Part shown: piece by piece, positions 7,352-16,900 of the stretch | How positions within the stretch are numbered: position 1 is the stretch's first letter | Layout: each line of letters opens with the position of its first letter | Translations under genes and position numbers: made by a program | Notes under the pieces: model-generated | The model's input: only the letters and a program-made list of their open reading frames with translations | Told to the model about the DNA's origin: nothing | Database searches by the model: none | NCBI GenBank assembly: GCA_964568755.1 | Contig: CAZMRX010000003.1 | Location: forward strand, 1-44,758 | From: an uncultured Acidobacteriota bacterium | Lineage (GTDB): Bacteria > Acidobacteriota > Vicinamibacteria > Fen-336 | Reading direction: 5' to 3' | Length of the DNA stretch: 44,758 nt

Positions 7352-10300
7352 ACGAGCGCCTGCGCCTGGTGTCGCCCCGCAAGGGCCTCTCCGAGAACTG
7401 GTCGAAGCGTGACCAGGAGCGCGGCACCACACCCGACGAGCTCAACGCGCGCGTGCAGGACCCCGTGACTGGGCGCCTGGTGGACAGCGCGCAGCGCGCC
7501 GGCTTCCGCAAGTTCTCGACGGTCGCCATCGGGGCCTCGAAGGTCGCGGACATGATCGAGGTGCAGCTCGACCAGAAGGCCGTCACCTACTCGGTGGTGG
7601 CCGATGCCTCGATCACGGCCCTGACCGACAAGCCGCCGAGCCACGGGGCCGTGCGCGACCTGGCCATGGACGACGTGGGCAACGTCTACGTCCTCGACGG
7701 GAATCTCGGCTGGGCCAAGTACTCGGCCGACCTCAAGTTCGTGCAGGCCGTCGCGGCCCCGGTGGTCAACCGCGCCGCGGTGCTGCGCGCGCTCGAGGTG
7801 GACGAGTTCCGCAACGTGTACGTGGGCGTGGGTGAGGGTGGCTTGCAGAGCGACGCCTTCCTCGCGCGCTGGAACCCGCGCCTGGACCTCAACGGGAAAG
7901 TCGAGTACCGGCTCACCTGGACGATCAAGCCCAACCGCTTCATCGGCGAGCTGCACTACAGCCGCGGGCTGCTCTACACCGTGCAGAACGACGTGCGCCA
8001 GGGCCGCGCCTTCGCGGTCGTGTACGAGCTCCTGACCACCGAGACGCCGCGCGTGTTCCGGGAGTGGGAGATTCCTTACCCCTCGCGCTGCATCCGCGCG
8101 GCCCCCTCGGGCGCGGTCTACACGAGCTCGCCACCGAACGCGACCCGCGGCGCCAACCCGATCGCGCCCCTGACCTCGAAGGCGCTGGTCGGGGACACCG
8201 TGCAGACCTACGAGGACGCCGGCCTCATCAGCATCTACGCCCGGTACAAGACCGGGCGCCGCGACTCGCTCGAGCTCGACGAAGAGCTCAAGTGCAACCG
8301 CTGGACCTCGATCGCCAAGAACGGCGTGGATCGCTCCTGGTACGTGCCGTACGGCGAGGTCGCGCAGACGAAGACCGCGACGCCCCCGCGCTACGTGGCC
8401 GAGGGCCCGCTGTTCGGGAAGCCGGCGCTCTACTTCAACGGCCTCGACAACTTCATGCGCACGCCCGACAACCCCGGCGTGGTCGCGGGCTTCGCGGACC
8501 AGCAGCAGAGCGCGCTCCCTGGGCACCTGGGCGCGGCCTTCGCCGTCTTCGTCGTGGCGGTCCCCGTGGCGCAGGCGGCCATGAACTGCCTCTTGTCGCA
8601 GAAGACCGACAACACGCTGGGGCAAGTGGACGGCGCGGCCTTCGAGCGCGGGATCATCTTCAACCGCGACGAGGCGGACGGCCTGGGCGCGGTGGCCAGC
8701 GGGCTCGTGTCGATCAGCGACGACGGGGCCCCGACCGCGCCGGCCGCGGTGGGCGCCGGCACGGGCGGCATGCCGCGCTCCATGCGCTTCGATACGAAGA
8801 CGCACAGCGCCGTGGCGGGCGCCGCGCTCCAGCCGGCCGCGGTCCTCATCTCGTGGGTCTGCACGGGCCGGCTCTCGCCGGGCGGCACGATGGAGAGCGT
8901 GTTCCGCGTGAACGGGTGCCCGGTGGATCGCTGGGACTCGCGGCCGGTCGAGCACGCGAAGGGCACCTACCTGGGCGTGTCCCCCAACGTGAACTGGGGC
9001 TTCATGCAGGGGTACGTCTACGAGATCATCGTCCTCAAGCGGCGCTCGAGCGGGGTCGAGGCGGACCTGTTCAGCGACGAGGGCGCGCAGGCGTACGACT
9101 ACCCGGACATCGCCTTCGACGGCACGAGCGACACCGTGCTCGAGAAGATCGAGGGCGCACTCATGCGCGAGTACGGCATCGGGCACTTGCTCGACGGCGG
9201 CTCCGTGGCCAGCTTCCAGCTCTACAAGGTGGGCGACGGAGGCGCGGACTCGACCTACATCCACCCCTACGGCGACGCGACCGGCGCGCTCAAGAAGGGC
9301 CTGGTGCCGTGGAGCGGGACCGCGGGAGCGGACCCGAACCAACTGGCCACGCTCGACGGGATCCTCTGCAAGTGGGAGGCGCAGGACGGGGCCTTCGTGT
9401 GCGCGAACGCGCTCAAGGGCGGCATCGGGTACGGGCTCGAGCTGCGGCCCGACATCAGCTCGGGCCAGACGATCTACAGCGTGGGGCCGAAGAAGACCTC
9501 GGCGCCCACGAACGACGCGACCGCGGTGCAGTTCGCGGACCTCGGGTCGAGCTTCTTCTCGATCGGCGTGGACTTCGTGATGCCGAGCTCGCGCGTGCTG
9601 GTCGATCCCTTCTGCCGGATCGCGGTGGACGACCTGGCCAACCTCTACATCCCCGTGACGCCCGACTCGACCACGGGCGCGAAGTCGCTGTTCGTGCTGG
9701 CGAACGGTCTCGCCACCACGCTGGTCGCCTACCAGACCGACCCGACCATCGGGAGCGCGCAGGGATGCTTCGCTGCGCTGGTGCCGAAGAAGACGCCCAC
9801 CTACCCGCCCAGCGACATCGCCACCGGGCTCCGGCGGGCCGAGGTCGTCTACCTCGGGCGTGCGTCCTCGACGCTCTCGGGCTCGCCCGACAAGGACGGG
9901 CTCTCGCGCGAGCGCCTGGTCTCGGTGGTCGCGCTCTCCGCGGTGCCGCGCGTGACAGCCCTCTACGCGGTGTGCGGGGCCGACCTCAAGACCTTCGCCG
10001 AGCCGGCGACCGTCACGACCGTGGCCGCGGGCGTCTTCGGCGCGAGCGCGAGCATGGTCACCTCCGCGCTGCTGTTCGGCGACGTGTTCTTCACGGACGG
10101 GAACAAGTACATCGTCGCGCACACGCGCTCGGGCGTGGCCGAGGAGTTCAAGGCGTTGAAGGGCAAGCTCGCGCCGCGGCTGCGCGTGTTCGAGAGCTGG
10201 CGCGGGCGCCTGGTCGGCTTCGGCGACCCGGACGACCCCTTCAACTACATCATGTCCGCCAAGGACGACCCCTACGACCACGACACGGGGCGCCCGGATC

Positions 10301-11229
10301 GAACCCCGACGCAGGCGATCGACGGGAAGCAGTCCGACCTCGCGGGCCGCCTGGTCGAGCCCATCAACGCCTTCATCCCGCTCACGAACGAGCGCGCGAT
10401 CATCGGCACGAGCTCGAGCATCCACCTGCTCGTGGGCGACCCCGCGACGGACGGGCAGATCGACGTGCTGTCCAAGGAGTACGGCATCGCCTTCGGGCGC
10501 GCGTGGACGCAGGACGCACTGGGCAACGTGTACGCCTTCCTGAGCTCGGGCGGGGTGATCCGCATCAGCGGCGCGGGCATCGAGCGCATCTCCGAGAACC
10601 GGATCGAGAAGCGCCTGCGCGCGATCAACCAGAGCACGCACCGGGTGGTGATGGCGTTCGACCACGACACCCACACCCTGTACCTGTACGCCGTGCCCTT
10701 CGGCGCGGGCTTCGGCGGGACCATCGTGGAGTCGTACGCCTGGGAAGCGCGACTCAACGCCTGGCACCCTGACGCCTTCGCGGCTCCGACCATGCAACCC
10801 ACCTCGGTCTTCGTGACCGGGGGCCGCGTGCTGATTGGGAGCGAGGACGGCTTCGTGCGCGTGCTCGACCCGGCCGCGGTGGACGACGACGGCCAGCCGA
10901 CGCGCTGGAGCGTGACCTACGGGCCGATCCTGCCCGAGGGCGACACCGAGTACGAGTACCGGCTCAACGCCTTCCAGACCGAGCTGGCGAGCGACCAGCA
11001 GGGCGCCATGCTCGAGGTCTTCCAGAACCAGAACCCCGAGGGCCTGGGCGTGTCCATGGCGACCGCGCGGGTGCCGGCGGGCATGAGTGAGCGCGTCTTC
11101 CGCACCGTGCGAGGCGCCTACCTCTACGTGCGCGTGAGCAACCCCTTCGCCGGCCAGCGCGCGGCCCTGCATTCCACCTGGTGCGACTGGGAGCGGGCGG
11201 GCCGACGAGTACCGAGGCCAACCCCGTGA
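7348..11229 (+). CDS. Tail tubular protein B / nozzle-like large tail protein (1293 aa), putative
   Basis: The ATG at 7348 overlaps the previous stop (ATGA). The upstream part of track ORF 6094-11229 is Arg/Pro junk overlapping the adaptor gene. gp12-position gene. The C-terminal half has repeated beta-strand/turn patterns (..NVYAFLSSGGVIRISG.., ..HTLYLYAVP..) as in propeller-type tail proteins. Confidence 0.5.
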   Translation: MNERLRLVSPRKGLSENWSKRDQERGTTPDELNARVQDPVTGRLVDSAQRAGFRKFSTVAIGASKVADMIEVQLDQKAVTYSVVADASITALTDKPPSHGAVRDLAMDDVGNVYVLDGNLGWAKYSADLKFVQAVAAPVVNRAAVLRALEVDEFRNVYVGVGEGGLQSDAFLARWNPRLDLNGKVEYRLTWTIKPNRFIGELHYSRGLLYTVQNDVRQGRAFAVVYELLTTETPRVFREWEIPYPSRCIRAAPSGAVYTSSPPNATRGANPIAPLTSKALVGDTVQTYEDAGLISIYARYKTGRRDSLELDEELKCNRWTSIAKNGVDRSWYVPYGEVAQTKTATPPRYVAEGPLFGKPALYFNGLDNFMRTPDNPGVVAGFADQQQSALPGHLGAAFAVFVVAVPVAQAAMNCLLSQKTDNTLGQVDGAAFERGIIFNRDEADGLGAVASGLVSISDDGAPTAPAAVGAGTGGMPRSMRFDTKTHSAVAGAALQPAAVLISWVCTGRLSPGGTMESVFRVNGCPVDRWDSRPVEHAKGTYLGVSPNVNWGFMQGYVYEIIVLKRRSSGVEADLFSDEGAQAYDYPDIAFDGTSDTVLEKIEGALMREYGIGHLLDGGSVASFQLYKVGDGGADSTYIHPYGDATGALKKGLVPWSGTAGADPNQLATLDGILCKWEAQDGAFVCANALKGGIGYGLELRPDISSGQTIYSVGPKKTSAPTNDATAVQFADLGSSFFSIGVDFVMPSSRVLVDPFCRIAVDDLANLYIPVTPDSTTGAKSLFVLANGLATTLVAYQTDPTIGSAQGCFAALVPKKTPTYPPSDIATGLRRAEVVYLGRASSTLSGSPDKDGLSRERLVSVVALSAVPRVTALYAVCGADLKTFAEPATVTTVAAGVFGASASMVTSALLFGDVFFTDGNKYIVAHTRSGVAEEFKALKGKLAPRLRVFESWRGRLVGFGDPDDPFNYIMSAKDDPYDHDTGRPDRTPTQAIDGKQSDLAGRLVEPINAFIPLTNERAIIGTSSSIHLLVGDPATDGQIDVLSKEYGIAFGRAWTQDALGNVYAFLSSGGVIRISGAGIERISENRIEKRLRAINQSTHRVVMAFDHDTHTLYLYAVPFGAGFGGTIVESYAWEARLNAWHPDAFAAPTMQPTSVFVTGGRVLIGSEDGFVRVLDPAAVDDDGQPTRWSVTYGPILPEGDTEYEYRLNAFQTELASDQQGAMLEVFQNQNPEGLGVSMATARVPAGMSERVFRTVRGAYLYVRVSNPFAGQRAALHSTWCDWERAGRRVPRPTP
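8389..9042 (+). other. LamG / concanavalin-A-like lectin domain inserted in the nozzle-like protein (approximate bounds)
   Basis: The pattern GKPALYFNGLDNFMRTP...FAVFVVAVP...VLISWVCTG...ESVFRVNG...YLGVSPNVNWGFMQGYVYEIIVLKR matches the usual LamG signature (L.F.G....., hydrophobic strands, ..G.i.e..v). By eye. Confidence 0.45.
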
Positions 11230-11585
11230 GCGTGGCGCGCAGCGGACCGGACGGGCTCCAGGCGCGAACGGATCGGCCGTTCGAGGCGCCCATCAAGGTC
11301 GTCAACTTCAAGGTCGCGCTCGACTTCGACGGGTACTTCTCGAAGGACGGCGACGGGCGCCTGACGGTCAACCTGACGACCCTGGCCGCGGCCCTGGCGG
11401 CAAAGCTCGCGGGACGCGGCATCAAGGTTGTGGCCGGCGCGCTCGAGCTGCGCGAAGCCGCGCGTGTCACGGCGCTGACGCAGACGATCTCTGCTGTACC
11501 CACGCAGGCCGAGGTGCAGAATATCCAGGCCAAGGTGAACGAGCTCATCGCTCGTCTCGTCGCGGCAGACCACTTGCAGGAGTGA
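11226..11585 (+). CDS. Small virion-associated protein (119 aa), gp13-position
   Basis: GTG 11226 overlaps the previous stop (GTGA). The C-terminal helix ..PTQAEVQNIQAKVNELIARLVAADHLQE resembles motifs common in phage fibre/structural proteins. Confidence 0.5.
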   Translation: MSVARSGPDGLQARTDRPFEAPIKVVNFKVALDFDGYFSKDGDGRLTVNLTTLAAALAAKLAGRGIKVVAGALELREAARVTALTQTISAVPTQAEVQNIQAKVNELIARLVAADHLQE

Positions 11586-11592
11586 ATCCACC

Positions 11593-12225
11593 ATGGAGCC
11601 CCCATTCCCCTGGGCACTTGCCCTGAGCGCTGGCGCCTCGGTGGCGTCATCGTTCGCCAACAAGGGCGGCATCAGCTTGCAAACGCTCCGGCGTCGGGGC
11701 CGCTTCGTGCTCGACCAGCAGCGCCCCGTGCTGCTCCAGGCCTACGCGAAGGCGCGCGGCAAGACGCAGGAGGCGCTCGACACCGTTCGCACCGGCAACG
11801 TGAACGCGCTTCGGGCGACCGAGGACGCGCAGAACACGAGCATGCGGCTCGGGCTCGAGGCGACCCGCCAGGCGTCGCAGCAGCTCGGGCAGTCCTCGAC
11901 CTCGCGCGGGCTCGGCGGCACGAGCATCGCGGGCGCTGACCAGCGCGCCTTCTCGGAGACGAGCTCTCGCGTGCTCGACGAGATCAGCGCCCGCGGCGGG
12001 GCCGCGCGCGCGGGGATCTACCAGCAGGGCGCGGCGCAGGAAGCCGAGCTCCTCTCCGACCTCGGCCGGCTGTACCAGATGCAGTACCAATCCGAGGCGT
12101 CAGACTACTTCTCGCCCCTGTTCGACATCCTGACCGCGGGCGGCGGCGGTGGTGGCCAGCAGGGCGGCGGTGGCGTGGACATGAGCGGACTGTACGCCCT
12201 GCTGAAAGGTGCCGGCGTCTCGTGA
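11593..12225 (+). CDS. Internal virion protein-like (210 aa), gp14-position
   Basis: ATG ORF. The product is Ala/Gln/Gly-rich with an N-terminal hydrophobic segment and a GGGGGGQQGGGG tract, which is typical of ejection/core proteins. Confidence 0.5.
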   Translation: MEPPFPWALALSAGASVASSFANKGGISLQTLRRRGRFVLDQQRPVLLQAYAKARGKTQEALDTVRTGNVNALRATEDAQNTSMRLGLEATRQASQQLGQSSTSRGLGGTSIAGADQRAFSETSSRVLDEISARGGAARAGIYQQGAAQEAELLSDLGRLYQMQYQSEASDYFSPLFDILTAGGGGGGQQGGGGVDMSGLYALLKGAGVS

Positions 12226-13949
12226 GCCGCTTCGTCACGAACGACACGCCCGGCTGGGTGCGGGCCCTCTCGGGCCTATCCGCCACCGGGCACGGCATCG
12301 CGGAGTACCACCGCGGGCAGGCGCAGGACGCGCGCGCCGAGCGCGGGCTCGCTCTCCAGGAGCGGGCGGGCCAGCGCGCGGACGAGGCCAGCCAGCGCGC
12401 GCTCGAGCGCGAGCAGCAGGCGTTCATCGAGGACCAGCAGGACCGCGAGCTGCGGCGCAGCCAGGCGAAGGCCGAGCTCGAGTGGGACAGGTTCCGCTTC
12501 GACACGCAGCGACGCGTCGCGCCGCGGATCACGGGGGCCGGCTCGCTCATGGCGGCGACCGCCGGGGCCGCCCTCGAGCAGGAGCATGTGCGCCGCTCGC
12601 TCGAGACGCTCCCGCCGGGGCGCCGGCAGGAGGCCATCGACTACCTCGCGCAGCAGCAGCAGCAGCGCCAGACCGAGAAGGAGAAGCGCCAGCTCATGGG
12701 CGAGATCCAGGCGGCCATGGAGCCGCCGCCTGGCATCGAGCCCTGGCTGTCCCCCGAGCAGGGCCAGCAGATGATCGAGGACCTGGCGGACGTGAACCGC
12801 CCCGACATCGGGCCGCAGCAGATCCGCCAGGTGCTCGAGAAGCAGCGCGCCTTCGTGCGCAACCTGCGGGTCGCGCGCTCGACGTTCGCGGCGAACCACG
12901 CCATGGCGCAGCAGCTCGCCAATTCGCCCGAGCCGCCGCCCGAGCTCGGCATCTCCCGCGGCGAGTGGCTCGCGCGCCGCCGGCAGGCGAAGACCATCCT
13001 CGAGGGCTGGGCCACGGACTGGGGCGCGTTCGACCCGGACGAGAAGTACAAGGAGGTCATGGACGTGCTGCGCAGCACGCCGCGGAACGACCCGACCGAG
13101 GTGCGCCAAAGCGTGCTGCGCCAGCTCGCGGACGACCCGACCTACCAGCTCCTCGAGACGCCGGAGGAGCGCGCGCAGTACCGCGACGAGATGGTGCGGT
13201 GGGTGCTCGGCCAGGGGCAAGACAGCGAGCCTGCGGGGCCCGACGTGCAGCTCCCCTTCGAGGGAGACGGCCAGGGCTTCCAAGACTACTCCACGCAGTT
13301 CGAGAGCGAGCTCGGGCCGGACCTGGTGAAGGAGCTCGAACAAGCGGCCGGCTACGCGAAGACCCAGGAGGAGGGCGACGCGGCGGTGGTGAAGATCCTC
13401 GAACGCGAGAACATCTCGCCGGAGAGCGTGCCGCCGGAGCTCGGCGCGCGCCTGGCCCAGCGCGTAGGCACAGCCATAACGGCTCGGCTACCCCCGCGCT
13501 CCAGCGCCGAACGCGAGCAGATTCGCCAGGGCCAGAGCACCACGCGCGGGCCGACCGAGCAGGACTACCAGCGCCCGGCGCCGAAGGGCGGCCGGTTCGA
13601 CTTCCTGTCCAAGCTACTCGACGACCAGCAGGGCGCGAGCCCAGAGGCGCGCGCGCAGGGTGTGGCGCGGGGGAACAGCCAGGCGGCCATGCCTTCGGCC
13701 GCGGTCGGGCGCGGCCCGGTGGGCGCGGGCGCCGCGGCGGCGGTGATGGCGGCGGCCAAGGGAGTCGAGGCTGGCGGGAAGATCACCAAGCGCGCGCGCG
13801 GCGCGGGCACGTGGTCCCAGCTCTCCGCGATGGAGCGCGGGGTGCTGACGAGGCTCTTGCAGCGCGACCCGAAGCGCGCGCGCCTCGAGCTCGAGCGCCG
13901 GGGCATCGACCCGGCGACCGTCCCCCAAGGGCTCACGAAGAAGCGCTAG
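12222..13949 (+). CDS. Internal virion protein-like (575 aa), gp15-position
   Basis: GTG overlaps the previous stop (GTGA). The product is a long charged coiled-coil-prone protein. Position-based call. Confidence 0.5.
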   Translation: MSRFVTNDTPGWVRALSGLSATGHGIAEYHRGQAQDARAERGLALQERAGQRADEASQRALEREQQAFIEDQQDRELRRSQAKAELEWDRFRFDTQRRVAPRITGAGSLMAATAGAALEQEHVRRSLETLPPGRRQEAIDYLAQQQQQRQTEKEKRQLMGEIQAAMEPPPGIEPWLSPEQGQQMIEDLADVNRPDIGPQQIRQVLEKQRAFVRNLRVARSTFAANHAMAQQLANSPEPPPELGISRGEWLARRRQAKTILEGWATDWGAFDPDEKYKEVMDVLRSTPRNDPTEVRQSVLRQLADDPTYQLLETPEERAQYRDEMVRWVLGQGQDSEPAGPDVQLPFEGDGQGFQDYSTQFESELGPDLVKELEQAAGYAKTQEEGDAAVVKILERENISPESVPPELGARLAQRVGTAITARLPPRSSAEREQIRQGQSTTRGPTEQDYQRPAPKGGRFDFLSKLLDDQQGASPEARAQGVARGNSQAAMPSAAVGRGPVGAGAAAAVMAAAKGVEAGGKITKRARGAGTWSQLSAMERGVLTRLLQRDPKRARLELERRGIDPATVPQGLTKKR

Positions 13950-13959
13950 GCTCTCCCCC

Positions 13960-16900
13960 GTGGCCGACGAGAAGAAGCTGCGGGTGCTCCGGCCGAAGGG
14001 CCTGGGCGACAAGGCCCTGGACGTGGCCAAGGGCTTCGCGGCCGGGCTGACGCAGCTCCCCGAGGGCGTCGCTGGCGCCGCTGAGGCGGCCGGCGAGCAG
14101 ACCTCGCGCGCGCTCGAGGGCCCCTCGAACCTGCGCGTGCTGCGGCCCGGCCCGTCGGTGAGCTTCCCCGGCTCGCGCCTGGTGGGTGCGGGCGCGCGGC
14201 GCGCGGCCGGCGTGGCCGGCGGGGTGCGCCGGGCGGTGGGCGAGTTCACCCAGGAGAACCTGGCGGGCGAGGGACTCGCCTACCAGACGGGCCAGGGCCT
14301 CGGCTCCTCGGTTGGCATCGGTGGCACGGCGGCGCTGCTCACGACCGTGGGCGTGCCTCCAGTGGCGTCCGTGGCCGCGCTCGGGAGCATGCTCGAGGCG
14401 TCGAGCGCCTACCGAGAAGTGCTGAGGACGGCCAAGGACCCGAAGAGCGAAGCCGCACAGGATGCGGCCTTCGCGGCCTTCGTGGCCGGTGGGGCGATCG
14501 GCACGACCGAGGCGGTGCCTCTTGCCGGCCAGGTCGGCCGCTTCCTCGGGCGCGCGGACCGGGCCACGGGCGGGGCGCTGCGAAAGGCCCTCATCTCGGC
14601 CGGCGCGGAGGCCACCGAGGAGCTCGTCCAGGAGAACGTCCAGAACGTCCTGAGCGACGTGGCGGCCCGGTACGTGAGCAAGCACGACCAGGAGCGCGAC
14701 GTGCTCGGGGGCCTCCTTCAGCGCTGGCAGAGCGGCGAGGCGTGGCTTCCCCCGGTGGTCGCGGGCGGGCTGCTCTCGGCGGTGGCGAGCGCGGGCGAGC
14801 ACCGGCGCTCGACGACCAGCGTGGCGGGGTCAAGAACCGGCATGACCGGCCCGGAAGGGCCCGCCAGCGAGGGCGTGGCACCGAGCTCGACGACCAGCCA
14901 GAGAACGACCACGGAACGACCAGCCAGCGACCAACATGGATCGCGCGTGGATGCCCTTGGATCGATCCTGCCCGTCGAGCCGGCGCGGCCCGCATCCGAG
15001 AACGCGCGCCGGGTCGCGGCGCGCTTCATCGGCGAGCAGGGTGCCCAGGGCGCCGTGGTGCCCCCCCGCACCACGCACCAGCGCCGCGCGGCCGAGTTCT
15101 TCCGCCAGCGCGGCGCCGAGGCGGTCTTCATCGAGAGCCAGTCCGGCGAGCTCGCGGCCCCGGCCGGGTACTCATCGGGGGTGGCCGTCTTCGACGCGAA
15201 CCTCCCAGGCGAGCAGCTCGAGCGCCGGCTGGTGCTGCACGAGGCCCAGCACCACCTGCGGGCCCTGGTGGCCAAGGACGAGGAGACCTTCGCCGGCCTG
15301 GCCGCGGAGCTCGAGGGCGGCCTGCGCACGCTCGACCCCCAGGGGATGAAGAAGATCGAGGCCCGCGTCCGCGAGCAGTACGCGGCCCGCGGGCTCGACG
15401 AAGCCGGGGTCGCGGACGAGGTGGTGTCCAACTACCTCGAGGAGTTCGGGGCCCTGCTGTTCGAGGGCGCGCGCTTCGAGCAGGCCCTCGCGCAGCCCGG
15501 CCTCGGGCGCCGCCTGGTGGACGCGGTGCTGCGCCTCATCAAGAAGGCCGGGATCAAGATCGAGACCCTGACCGAGCGCCGACTGCGGAAGCTGCGCGAC
15601 CAGCTCGCGGAGACCGACATCGAGAAGGGAGCCGACCCCGCGACCATCCCGGCCATCGCCCGCACCGTGCGCAAGGTGTTCGACGAGCTTGCACAGCGGG
15701 CCGTTCCACGTGAAACTTCGCAACAACTTGACGCGCCGATCACCAGTCCGCCGGCCGAAGCCGCAGGCCCGACTCTGCTCGAGGTGCCGCCGGGCCCCGA
15801 AGCGGGGGACCAGCGGGATGTGCTCGGATTGCGTCAACGCGAACAGCCGGGAGTGGCGCCGGGCGCACCTCTGGACGTACCTGCCGCTCGAGGGCCTCAA
15901 GGTCCGCGGGTGCCAGGGGATCGGGGCGGCGCGCGCGGAGTGCGGACACCCCGCGGTGCTCTACCTGGATCCGACGCTGCGTCAGGGGCGGCGCCGCGTG
16001 CGCGTGCGCGTGGTGCCGCGGTGGTTCTGCCCGCAGCACCTCATGCTGCACCTGAGCGAGTCGCTCGGCCGGCTGGCCGAGCCGCTGCTCGACCGGCCGA
16101 GCTGAAAACCCCGGCGGCCGGTGTTCGATCCGCGCCGTCGGGCGACCGACGCGGAAAGACCGAAGCCGCCGGGGCCTCCTCCGCGGAGGTCGAGGTCGCC
16201 ACCTTCGACGAGTACGCGGCGAAGCGCGGCGTGCCGTCCAGCGCGCCATCCTTCCCAGAGGCGCACCGAGCTCCTGGCGGCGTGTCGAAGGCGTCGGCGA
16301 AGGCGATGGCAGGCCGGATCGCCAAGGCGAGCGCGGCGTGGCAGGCGCAGCGCGCCTCCATGCTGCGCGAGTACAAGGCCGCGGTGAAGGCGGGCACGGT
16401 GCGCGCTCCGAGCCGCGCCGAGAGGCTCACGGAGACCGCGCGCGGAGAAGGCCCGGCGGCCGAAGCGGCGCGGCGCCTGCTCGAGAGACAGCGACACACC
16501 CAAGCGCTGAAAGCCCTGCGCGGGCGGCTCGCCGAAGCCAAGAAGTTCGAGCCGAAGTACAACCAGGCCCTCCGGCAAATTGCGCGCAAGGTCGGGACCT
16601 CGCACCCGCCGGCCCTGCCGGGGTTGAAGAAGCTCAAGCGAGCCCTGGCGAAGGTGATGTCCGACTACGCCGGCGACGCGACCAGGATCCGCGACCTGGT
16701 GCGGGGCACGGTCGTCGTGGACACCATCGAGCAGGCCGAGCGCGCGGTGGCTCTGCTGCGCAAGCGCTTCGGGGCGCCCGTCAAGTTCCGCGACTTCTCG
16801 ATGCCGATCCCAGGCACGGGATACCGCGACATCTTCATGCAGTTCGAGCGGGCTGGCGGGCTCGCCTTCGAGGTACAGGTCAACGTGCCGGCGATGCTCG

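Noticed and set aside
7306-11172. Very long antisense ORFs: 1288 aa here, plus 2503-4251 (-), 20347-22347 (-), 36974-39391 (-), 12276-13343 (-) and 5260-6540 (-).
   Set aside because: Their products are dominated by Arg/Gly/His/Val/Pro runs. They lie opposite genes with clear motifs and codon bias. They are the shadow ORFs expected in DNA this G+C-rich, where stop codons are rare.
12209-14050. 613-aa alternative-frame ORF overlapping the 575-aa internal virion gene. The analogous ORFs 8064-10772, 14742-15713, 16338-17051 and 19616-21197 were considered too.
   Set aside because: They are extremely Arg/Gly/Pro/Ala-rich, and the G/C-rich codon position belongs to the annotated frame throughout. 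This is unlike the 15689-16105 case, where the periodicity itself switches.
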